A DNA stretch of 64,000 nt from the IMG/VR virus record IMGVR_UViG_3300009155_000038, one strand, 5' to 3'. The translations under genes and the position numbers were made by a program. Below, in pieces: positions 45,561 through 53,308 of the stretch; positions within the stretch are counted from its first letter, which is position 1, and every line of letters starts with the position of its first letter. This DNA is from a virus. The notes beneath the pieces are model-generated. The model was not told the origin of the DNA. It made no database searches and saw only the letters and a program-made list of their open reading frames with translations.

Positions 45561-45824
45561 TTACCTCGTTACGTGAACTGGGCGTAAAGTCAATTCGTTA
45601 TCCAACCACGCAATCTCGGCAGCCAGCGCTTCTGCTCGTGTGTCAAACGGGCCAAGGAATGGACCGTTTACGGGCGCAAGATCAGCACCCCACTTTCCGG
45701 GCTGGTCTGCAATAGGCTCGACGTGGCTGGCACGCTTGATATCCAACTCGCCGAGCGCTGACAGATTGATATCTTCGTTGTAGACGCATTGGGCTGTACC
45801 GTCTGGGCGAACATAGATATTCAT
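45561..45824 (-). CDS. Conserved small protein (RASHVEP motif) of the Ycf46-AAA module
   Basis: PDGT.QCVY.E.I.L..LG.L.I.RASHVEP...W.ADL.PV.GP.LGPF..R.EALAAE..WL, a family I recall from planctomycete genomes. Confidence 0.75.
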   Translation of the reverse strand: MNIYVRPDGTAQCVYNEDINLSALGELDIKRASHVEPIADQPGKWGADLAPVNGPFLGPFDTRAEALAAEIAWLDNELTLRPVHVTR

Positions 45825-46819
45825 TTGTTGTCTCCCATAGATATCAACCGGCGACCAGTAGCCGCGGCAAAGTCAAACGGCTCACGCCGCGGGGGCAATG
45901 ACGCCAACACCGCATGAGACGTACCAGCTCTGCGAGTAATATCTGCGTTATTGTACGCCTCAAAGTCCGACATATTTCGGATACGTGCATTTGGAAATAC
46001 AGCCGAGTCGATTGTTTCCGCGCGCACGTACTGCTGCTGGTCGCGATTGTATTCCGGGCTGAGCCGAATATTGCCGCCAACGATTCTGGTGTGGCCCTTG
46101 ATGTGCAGGAACGCGTGAAAGTCCTGACAGCCAACGATCATGACGTCATCAGTGATAAGCAAATGTCCGCTTTCGTCTGTGGCATGGGTGCGGTATTTGT
46201 TCGACATGATCAGCGAGCTGGACAGAATCTTGGCGTTATTTTTGATGGTGATATAGCCGCTCAGGGTAGATGCAATAATGACAATGTTGTTCATCAAGTA
46301 AACATCGCCATACACGTGCGAACGGAGGAGCTGCGTATATCCAGTGATACGGGCGTGATTCTCGACGGTGCTGTCTCTGATAAACGGATACTCGCGGATC
46401 GTGGCGTTACCCTTGATCATGCTTGTGCCGCAGATCGTGCCGCCGTAGACCGCTGCTTTTTCAGTAACCTTGGAGTCGTCGTACAGCATGGTGTTGCCGC
46501 CAACAAAACCAAGGTTACGCACTTCGGCAGCGTCGCGAACATAGGCACTGCCGGCTACATTTGCGCGATCTCTAATTCTGGCGTTTCCCTCGACCACAGC
46601 GTTTTGATATACCTGCGCCAGCTTGCTTACAAATACCGTATCAGAAACCTTGGCCGTGTCCTCGACCCAACCGTTGCCATTTACATGCCGGTGCGCGAAT
46701 ACCTTGCCCCGGCCATCTTTGAAATCATGTTTCGGTGCCCGCACTTTGCGGGGCTTCTTGGCCGCCGGCGCCGGAGTTTCTGACTCCAGCTCCGGCGCCG
46801 GTGAAACGACTTCTGACAT
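45821..46819 (-). CDS. Left-handed beta-helix (hexapeptide repeat) protein
   Basis: HRHVNGNGWV..TA.V followed by repeated A.V/I...hexapeptides. Confidence 0.75.
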   Translation of the reverse strand: MSEVVSPAPELESETPAPAAKKPRKVRAPKHDFKDGRGKVFAHRHVNGNGWVEDTAKVSDTVFVSKLAQVYQNAVVEGNARIRDRANVAGSAYVRDAAEVRNLGFVGGNTMLYDDSKVTEKAAVYGGTICGTSMIKGNATIREYPFIRDSTVENHARITGYTQLLRSHVYGDVYLMNNIVIIASTLSGYITIKNNAKILSSSLIMSNKYRTHATDESGHLLITDDVMIVGCQDFHAFLHIKGHTRIVGGNIRLSPEYNRDQQQYVRAETIDSAVFPNARIRNMSDFEAYNNADITRRAGTSHAVLASLPPRREPFDFAAATGRRLISMGDNK

Positions 46820-46821
46820 GT

Positions 46822-47772
46822 TTACTCCATGCTTATGATGCGACGACGTGGCGCGTCGACAATTACGCTGTTCAGCGCAGTTTGCAGATTTGACATCTGC
46901 GCAGTCAGGTTCTGCCGCAGCGACTTATCGGTGCGAAGCTCTTGAGCGCTGACGCCGCTGACGAGGTTGCTGGCCTGCGAGATAAGCGATTCCAGCTGCG
47001 GGTTCGACCGCACATTCATCTTGCGGAAGTTCTCATAGAACTCCTTGAAGTTATCGACAGCCGTGGAGCGGAATTTCTTCTGCGTCCCGTCTGGGTTATC
47101 GGCCAGCCGCTCGATTAGGTGCGACACCATGTCAGACAGCTGCTCGGCAAACGCTTCCTCGGCCATGGTGACAGCGTTCTCGAAGCGCTGCTGTACCCGG
47201 TTTTGCTCCTGCTCATACAGCTCGGGGTTGAAGTTCATGAGATACCGCGGCGGCTCGACGGGCGGATACTCCCACGAAATGGTAAACATGCCTTCCAGAG
47301 TCGCCGGATAGTCAGACGGGTTATACAGCTGACCCAGCTTTTCGCGGGCAGCAACCTTGATAGCCTCGTATTCCAGCTGCAGGTTTGCAGCGGCCGCGGA
47401 GAGCTGATCTTTGAACTCTCGCATCTTGGTTTCGAACGCCTCGACGTCTGCCTGTCGAATAAGCCGCACGCCTTCCTGCGGATAGGGCAGGGTCATGCCG
47501 CGCCAATAGGCTGAGGCCTGATGCTTGATAGCCGTAACGGCTTTGTAGGCCGGGTGCTTTGTATCGATCAGCTTCTTTGAAGCCGAAACGAGATCCGCCG
47601 CCGCGTCGAAGCTACTTGCTGCCTGCGTGGTCTGCGCATCCGACAGTTTGCGGTGCGTACCCAGCCACGAGAACGCAAGCTTGACGGCGCCCATGCTTTG
47701 GCGCATTTCACGAGCTGTGCCGTTAACGCTGGCTTCGGCGGGCGTTTGTGTTGTTTCAGTCTCTGTGGACAT
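46822..47772 (-). CDS. DUF3150-like protein
   Basis: L.FSWLG..RKL, SKKLIDTKHP, TLPYPQEGVRLI and Y.PSDYP, with a coiled-coil C-terminus. Confidence 0.65.
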   Translation of the reverse strand: MSTETETTQTPAEASVNGTAREMRQSMGAVKLAFSWLGTHRKLSDAQTTQAASSFDAAADLVSASKKLIDTKHPAYKAVTAIKHQASAYWRGMTLPYPQEGVRLIRQADVEAFETKMREFKDQLSAAAANLQLEYEAIKVAAREKLGQLYNPSDYPATLEGMFTISWEYPPVEPPRYLMNFNPELYEQEQNRVQQRFENAVTMAEEAFAEQLSDMVSHLIERLADNPDGTQKKFRSTAVDNFKEFYENFRKMNVRSNPQLESLISQASNLVSGVSAQELRTDKSLRQNLTAQMSNLQTALNSVIVDAPRRRIISME

Positions 47773-47835
47773 GTTTCCCCTTTTTGTTATTTAAAACTCA
47801 GCGCTGCAACTGCACAGTTGCCAACGCTGTAACTA

Positions 47836-49323
47836 TCAGTTCGCGGACGAACCGTTGACCATCCGGCGTCGGGTGGTCGGCTGCTGCACCGGCTTGCCGA
47901 CTCGGGTGTAAATACCCTTGTTGTCGGCAGACAGGCAACGACCTTCTGCCCAGTTGCGCAGATGCTCGATCTGCTCGGCCGATGTTACAGACACCGGCAC
48001 GACATTCTGGGCCGACTCGACGAGTGGGATTTCAAGCAGCGCTGCCAAGCGGCAGCACGACTTGATCTCGGCACCGGTCCAGTTGGAATCGTCGGGCTTG
48101 GCTTGGCCCTTGTCCAGACCAAAGTGGTCGAGATAGATATCCCAGATTGCCGCCCGCTGCTCGGCGGCCGGCAGATCTACGAAGAACACACCGTCGAAAC
48201 GCTCGGCGCGTGCGAACGGCGCCGGCAGCTGGCTGGCGTCATTGCAGGTGCCGATGAAGAACACGTCGCTGGTGTGGTCGTTGAGCCACGTCAGCAGCGT
48301 GCCGAACAGCCGGGCAGAGACGCCAGAGTCATTCGCGCCGCCGCTAGCGACGCCGGCCAGACCCTTCTCGATCTCGTCGACGAACAGCACGCATGGTGCC
48401 ATGGCGTCGACTTGCTTGAGAGCCCGGCGCATGTTGCCCTCGGACTCGCCCACGAACTTACCCATCAGGCTACCGAAGTCGAGCATGACGGTCGGACGCC
48501 CCACCTCGTTGCCCAGCGCCTTGGCGAACTGGGACTTGCCGCAGCCCGGAGGCGACAGCAGGAGCACGCCCTTGGGTCGCTTGTCGACGTTCGTCTCACC
48601 CTGTCGACGCATGGCGCGCAGGCAGAATTTCTTCAGGTTCTCAAGGCCGCCCAGATTCTCAAAGTCAGCGTCGCCACGATAAAGCGACAGCGTGCCGCTC
48701 TTCTCTAGCGTCTGTGCCTTGATCGTCCAGATCGTGTCGGCGGTGAGCTTCTTATTACGCACCAGCGACAGGGCGAACGCATCCTCGGCCTCCTGCCGTG
48801 TCAAACCCTTGGCGGCGTCGACCACGACCTGCACGTCTGCGTCAGCCGGTTTCTTGAACTCCGAGTCAGGCCCGAACAGCGTGCCGCACAGCGACGTCAG
48901 CTGCGCGCGGTCAGGCAGTTCATGGTGAATAACCGTGAACAGCTTCTCGACCTCGGGCTGGAGGGCGACCACCGGGGCCATGATAACAATATGCTGGCCC
49001 TTGCTCTTGCCCGTCACCAGCCGATTGGCCAGCGTCTGCAGCACCTGCGGATTGCCAAGGAACCGATGGAAATTCTTGAGCACAAAAATAGTCTGGCTTT
49101 TCTGCGGCGGCTGATCCAGATATTTCAGCGCCTCGACAGGACCGGGCGCCTTTACCGCGGCGGAATACAGCTCGCGGTCGATGTCCCATACATCAAAGCC
49201 CCAGTCCTTTTCGTCTGCAAGCTTGCGGATAGAGTCGATGGCGTCGTCACACTCCTGTGACTCAACCCAGATGCCGGAAAAGCCGGCGCAGACCAACTCC
49301 ATGATTTCTTTTTCGAGCGACAT
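47836..49323 (-). CDS. AAA+ ATPase, Ycf46 family (degenerate N-terminal AAA + active C-terminal AAA)
   Basis: GGLENLK, Walker A SPPGCGKS, Walker B VLFVDEIEK, sensor GTCN, R-finger RAERFD, W.GAEI and LR.WA.GR. Confidence 0.9.
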   Translation of the reverse strand: MSLEKEIMELVCAGFSGIWVESQECDDAIDSIRKLADEKDWGFDVWDIDRELYSAAVKAPGPVEALKYLDQPPQKSQTIFVLKNFHRFLGNPQVLQTLANRLVTGKSKGQHIVIMAPVVALQPEVEKLFTVIHHELPDRAQLTSLCGTLFGPDSEFKKPADADVQVVVDAAKGLTRQEAEDAFALSLVRNKKLTADTIWTIKAQTLEKSGTLSLYRGDADFENLGGLENLKKFCLRAMRRQGETNVDKRPKGVLLLSPPGCGKSQFAKALGNEVGRPTVMLDFGSLMGKFVGESEGNMRRALKQVDAMAPCVLFVDEIEKGLAGVASGGANDSGVSARLFGTLLTWLNDHTSDVFFIGTCNDASQLPAPFARAERFDGVFFVDLPAAEQRAAIWDIYLDHFGLDKGQAKPDDSNWTGAEIKSCCRLAALLEIPLVESAQNVVPVSVTSAEQIEHLRNWAEGRCLSADNKGIYTRVGKPVQQPTTRRRMVNGSSAN

Positions 49324-49339
49324 GTGGTTCCTTTGTTAA

Positions 49340-49531
49340 TTAGTTTTCGATCTCGTTCGTCTGCTCGTTGCTAGCGGTGTAATATTCGCTAGTCATGGTG
49401 TCGCTCGTCTTGGCGCCAAGCGCCGCTTCCAGTGCGCGGGTTGCGTCCTGACACGAGCTGCCCGTGAAACCCTGAGTCTCAATCTTCGTTTCGCCCTTGG
49501 GCGAGATGGTGATCTGAATGGTCTTGCTCAT
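49340..49531 (-). CDS. DUF2997 family protein
   Basis: I.ITISPKGETKIETQGFTGSSC..AT..LE.ALG......T.EYY. Confidence 0.85.
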   Translation of the reverse strand: MSKTIQITISPKGETKIETQGFTGSSCQDATRALEAALGAKTSDTMTSEYYTASNEQTNEIEN

Positions 49532-49536
49532 GTGTA

Positions 49537-49899
49537 TCAACCCTCCACATTTATGTTAAGCTTGATCGAACCGTCTTCCAGAATCTGCTCGTATACCGAA
49601 TAGCCGCCCTTCTGGGCTTCATGAATCGCCTTCTCGACGGCATACGCCTGCAGGAACTTGTCGAGTTCCTTCTGGTCGCCCCAGTGGCCGTTGTAGTTGT
49701 CGAAATCGACGGCGCCGGTTTCGAGGTTGCAGACAACCGGATAGTTCCAGCCGGGGAGCTTCACGCCCAGACCGGTACGCTGGACCACGTAGACACCGAA
49801 CGTGTCCATGGTGGGCTGCTCCAGCCCAAGCCGGCGGCATGCTGCCGCCACGGCTTCAGCGTCACGAACTTCTGTCTTGATTTGTGCAATATGTGACAT
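49537..49899 (-). CDS. DUF1257 (Ycf35-like) family protein
   Basis: MSHI..IKTEVRD..A...AC..LG, D.DNYNG.WG, Q.YA......A...GY.V.E....DGSI.L. Confidence 0.85.
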   Translation of the reverse strand: MSHIAQIKTEVRDAEAVAAACRRLGLEQPTMDTFGVYVVQRTGLGVKLPGWNYPVVCNLETGAVDFDNYNGHWGDQKELDKFLQAYAVEKAIHEAQKGGYSVYEQILEDGSIKLNINVEG

Positions 49900-49901
49900 T
49901 G

Positions 49902-50216
49902 TTACCTTCTTTTTGTTCTAAAGGGATCTTGAAGCCCAAAAACGATAGTGCATTCAAACTCTTCTGGCGTGATGTAATCGTTGTTAGTAAAACACTGCAA
50001 AACATCTACGGCTGTTGCGCGGTTATAAGCGACTTTAAATTGTTTCGGCCCGGCAGGTGTGTCCAGCCGATACTCAGTAATATCGTGGAGCGTAACCACT
50101 TCCGGGATAGCAATAACGTCTGCATACTCTGCGCTCAGCTCTTTTATTTTGTCGAGCGCTGTCAAGATGCGTTCTTTGTCAGCTGCGTGTTCGTCATCGG
50201 TGTACTTCATGAGCAC
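49902..50216 (-). CDS. Hypothetical protein
   Basis: 104-aa ORF. Confidence 0.7.
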   Translation of the reverse strand: MLMKYTDDEHAADKERILTALDKIKELSAEYADVIAIPEVVTLHDITEYRLDTPAGPKQFKVAYNRATAVDVLQCFTNNDYITPEEFECTIVFGLQDPFRTKRR

Positions 50217-50491
50217 CCTATAACTAGTGCAGTTGTTTCAACCCAGACATGTGCGCCGCAACTCAGCGGCTTGTCTGGCGAGTAAAAAACTTTTGACGGA
50301 CCACGAATTTCAACTGTGCCGCAGCGGTATGACTTGTTGCGCCACTGAATAGTTGTGACTGCTTCTTTGGCGCCCGTCTTTTTGTTGCTGCGAATGATGT
50401 GCTGATTAACGTGAATTCGTTTGATAGTGCCGGCCGGGAAAACGCGGTTACACGCTTCCGCCGACCCGGTGGGGCATACGGCTGTCGCCAT
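50207..50491 (-). CDS. Conserved phage hypothetical protein
   Basis: RIHVNQHIIR.N.K.G...V.I.GPS...YSPDKPLSCGA.VW.ET. Confidence 0.8.
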   Translation of the reverse strand: MATAVCPTGSAEACNRVFPAGTIKRIHVNQHIIRSNKKTGAKEAVTTIQWRNKSYRCGTVEIRGPSKVFYSPDKPLSCGAHVWVETTALVIGCS

Positions 50492-50653
50492 GGGAACTCC
50501 TAAGCAATTCCAGCTGGAATTGCGGGCTATCGGACAGCGTGTCCGACGCGATAAAGATATCCGGCCCGCCGCCGCCCTTGGGGTATGCTTGCCGCTTTAT
50601 CAGTGCGGGGCAAGACCAAGGGCGGCGAGCGAGTGGACACGTGGGTACTACGC

Positions 50654-51505
50654 TCAGTGCGCCATCATGGCGCCGAGCTGCTTATGGGCCGACAGGATCT
50701 CGCCTGCCGAGTCATAGCAGCCGCCGCAGGCCGCGAGGAACGCGGAAGCGGCCTTCAACTGATCCATGGGCAGCGCGGACACAGTGCCGGTTGCCGGACG
50801 GGCCTTGGGCGCAACACGCTGCGTCTCCGCCGTGGTCTTCTTGACCTTGTTGGCTACGCGGCTCTTGTCCTCGCCCGCAGCGACGAGCTTCTTGCCGCCG
50901 CGCGAGGCGCCGCCCAAACCGGCCTTCTTCAACAGCTGGCTTACTTGCGCCGGGCTGACTTCGATCTTCCGCTTGGCAAGGGCGGCGACAATATCGACAC
51001 CACGAACGGAATCGCCAGAGGCCTTCCGCTTTGCAATCTCGTCACGGATGTGGTCAGCGCCGCTTTTCTTCTCGGACATGTTGGATACCTTCTTTTTTGC
51101 GCCAGCGGTTACGGGAGCTGGCGCGGAATCTTCGTCTTCAGCCACTTCGGCTTCGACTTCACCGTCTTCGGCAACGTCGCCGTCTTCGGGTGCGTAACCA
51201 TCAACTTCTTCTTCGGCGTCTTCTTCGTCATCAGCTTCTTCAGCTTCATCTTCGAGATACGCTTCGTCATCACCATCTTCTTCCAGAAGTTCAGTTCCGT
51301 CTTCGGCAACTACTTCTGACTCTTCAAGCTCAGCATCGACGTCCGAGTCGGTATCGTCATCTTCGTCGGCCAACATCCGTTTTGTCCTTTCTTCCTTCTT
51401 CGCTTCTTTTACTGGGGCTGGTTTGCTGCCGCTCAGATTGGGCAGCGGTTTTCCCCACAAGTTTGCAGGGCTGATGAATCCACCAACCTCTGTCTTCTTT
51501 GCCAT
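50654..51505 (-). CDS. Acidic-tract protein with C-terminal basic DNA-binding-like domain
   Basis: D/E-rich tract, then KSGADHIRD...IVAALAKRKIEVSPAQVSQ...QLKAASAFLAACGG; GGAGG SD. Confidence 0.85.
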   Translation of the reverse strand: MAKKTEVGGFISPANLWGKPLPNLSGSKPAPVKEAKKEERTKRMLADEDDDTDSDVDAELEESEVVAEDGTELLEEDGDDEAYLEDEAEEADDEEDAEEEVDGYAPEDGDVAEDGEVEAEVAEDEDSAPAPVTAGAKKKVSNMSEKKSGADHIRDEIAKRKASGDSVRGVDIVAALAKRKIEVSPAQVSQLLKKAGLGGASRGGKKLVAAGEDKSRVANKVKKTTAETQRVAPKARPATGTVSALPMDQLKAASAFLAACGGCYDSAGEILSAHKQLGAMMAH

Positions 51506-51552
51506 ACGTTCCTCCTGCTGTGCCGGCGGCTAATTCCGTGCCGGCTAACTTT

Positions 51553-51580
51553 ACGATACGCGCCTGAAAACAAAAATCAA
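51553..51580 (-). promoter_or_regulatory. Possible sigma70-like promoter
   Basis: TTGATT-16 nt-TATCGT in the intergenic gap. Confidence 0.35.
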
Positions 51581-51599
51581 CCGCCTAGCAAAATATTCG

Positions 51600-51911
51600 C
51601 TAAGGGTGTGTTTTTGACGCTCTAAAATAGAAATAGAGCCGCGGCTCATCATTGAACAAGACTGTGCCACGAAAGCTGGTTATCTTGTCAATTACGTGCA
51701 CGTAGGGCGGTTCAAAGTGCGATACCTCGAAATGCTGCAACAGCTCTTCGCTATTCCAGACGCGACCTTCGCCGTAGTAGTCTTCGAGGATGGCGCGCAA
51801 TTCACCGCTGTCAAGATGCGCAAATTGATTTTTGAATATTTGCGCAACGATGTCATGCGGTGGATTGATATCAAATCCCGTTGTGGGGATCTCGGCGTTA
51901 TTCTGACTCAT
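51600..51911 (-). CDS. Conserved hypothetical protein
   Basis: LE..YG.GRVWN.EEL...FEV..F.PPYV.V...G...F...PRLYF.F. Confidence 0.75.
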   Translation of the reverse strand: MSQNNAEIPTTGFDINPPHDIVAQIFKNQFAHLDSGELRAILEDYYGEGRVWNSEELLQHFEVSHFEPPYVHVIDKITSFRGTVLFNDEPRLYFYFRASKTHP

Positions 51912-52296
51912 TGCTGCTGGTTGGATTAGGTGCAAGTTTGTTGAGTTCTTCTAGTTGTGTTTGTACTTGCGCGGATATTTGTGCAGCGTAGCGCTCATAG
52001 GCGCCAAGCTGTCCAACCAAATCGCGGTGGATGTCGACATTAAAAACTGCAAGCCGTTTGAGCGTTGCCAGCAGACTTGCAACATACGGCGGCTGTTGAT
52101 TTTTCAAATGCAGCAAACCGGCCGGCATGTTCTCTGGCTGGTTTTCCCAGATCGGAACAATTGCGATGCCGTGCAACTCGGGCACCGCGGTTATGATATT
52201 ACTGCAGAAATCTTCGACATGTTTGACGAATTCTGCGTCAAACGGCAAGCGGGTTGGATTACTTGTCTGATTCTCGGGTTGCTGAGCCGCTTCCAT
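51898..52296 (-). CDS. Hypothetical protein
   Basis: Start MEAAQQ; coiled-coil C-terminus. Confidence 0.75.
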   Translation of the reverse strand: MEAAQQPENQTSNPTRLPFDAEFVKHVEDFCSNIITAVPELHGIAIVPIWENQPENMPAGLLHLKNQQPPYVASLLATLKRLAVFNVDIHRDLVGQLGAYERYAAQISAQVQTQLEELNKLAPNPTSSNESE

Positions 52297-52663
52297 GCAA
52301 AAAATCTCCAAAAAGATCGGGGCTGTACTTTGCTGCCTCGGGGAGTAGGCTGTCAATAATGTTCCCCAGCCGCGTCGCGGCGAGGCTGTAGATTACCACT
52401 CGCACGATTACGTGCAAGATGCCGCCGCACCAATTGCCCGCTACCAACAGCAGGAACAGATACAGCGGGACGTGATAGGACTTGCAGAACGGGCAATTGA
52501 TCAGCTCTAGCAGCCGACCTTTGACCGATTCTCGCGGCGTAACGTCCTGCAGCGCTTGCGCGTACGCCCGCGCCGTATCGAAGAGCGAGCCCTTGTGCCA
52601 GACTTCAATGACGGCACCGGCTGCAAAAACTACTGCAAAAAAATCAAACGGCGTTAGATCCAT
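52259..52663 (-). CDS. DUF1360-like membrane protein
   Basis: ELINCPFCKSYH between hydrophobic helices. Confidence 0.6.
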   Translation of the reverse strand: MDLTPFDFFAVVFAAGAVIEVWHKGSLFDTARAYAQALQDVTPRESVKGRLLELINCPFCKSYHVPLYLFLLLVAGNWCGGILHVIVRVVIYSLAATRLGNIIDSLLPEAAKYSPDLFGDFLHGSGSATRESDK

Positions 52664-52847
52664 GTTGCTTCCGTGCTTTCGATTTAGGTGCTGCTGTGTA
52701 ACCGCGCATGAAACATGCGCCAGTGTATATTGCTGCACCTGCTGCGAAAAGCCCGATCACGCCTAGTTCTGGCAGCGCCACCAATCCGCCTAAAAGCAGA
52801 ATGGCCGCGTAGCCGCTAAACGTGTCGTTCGGGTTTGGTTTTGCCAT
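52644..52847 (-). CDS. Small two-TM membrane protein
   Basis: Two hydrophobic segments and a basic tail. Confidence 0.7.
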   Translation of the reverse strand: MAKPNPNDTFSGYAAILLLGGLVALPELGVIGLFAAGAAIYTGACFMRGYTAAPKSKARKQHGSNAV

Positions 52848-52853
52848 GTTCGC

Positions 52854-53078
52854 CTACGAGCTGTAATTGTCGCCATACGGCCACACCTCGGTGCGTGTTG
52901 TGTCTGGGACATTGGGGTTATTTAAGAAACTGGGTAGCGGGAGCGGCGGTTCAAGTTTAAGATGATTGACCGCGTTGTCCGGCAGGTAAATTTGCGGTCC
53001 GGGGCCTCGGCGTGTACCTTCGACGTACAATTGGCGCCGTTCTTGATAAAGTTTCGCGGAACGTCCAACAGTGGCCAT
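52854..53078 (-). CDS. Hypothetical Pro-rich protein
   Basis: GAGG SD before MATVGR. Confidence 0.65.
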   Translation of the reverse strand: MATVGRSAKLYQERRQLYVEGTRRGPGPQIYLPDNAVNHLKLEPPLPLPSFLNNPNVPDTTRTEVWPYGDNYSS

Positions 53079-53137
53079 GTTTAGTCCCTCTTGGCGGTGT
53101 GGCGGGTCACCGTTTAGTATACCCGTCACCTTGCCGC

Positions 53138-53308
53138 TTACTTTCTGGTTTTTTCTTTGATGGTTGCCGCGGTTACCGCAAACAGGCTACCGAGCACGTA
53201 CGACAGGCCTTTCAGCCCTTCTACAAATACTTGCCCAGTGTAGTTTACGCTATCCTCGACCCATTGAAATTCCCAGTTGTTGTTATCGTCATTGTTATAG
53301 TGGTTCAT
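53138..53308 (-). CDS. Small hypothetical membrane protein
   Basis: Likely start MNHYNNDD; C-terminal hydrophobic helix. Confidence 0.5.
   Translation of the reverse strand: MNHYNNDDNNNWEFQWVEDSVNYTGQVFVEGLKGLSYVLGSLFAVTAATIKEKTRK

Noticed and set aside
45914-46783. Long plus-strand ORF (289 aa), and similar ones at 8441-9013, 13159-13896, 34905-35546, 47962-48708 and 50585-51319
   Set aside because: Antisense shadows of codon-biased minus-strand genes, with no recognisable motifs or SD and odd composition.
47799-47829. Intrinsic terminator between the AAA and DUF3150 genes
   Set aside because: A hairpin exists but is followed by only a short TTTT within an apparent operon. Reported instead as a palindrome/operator candidate.
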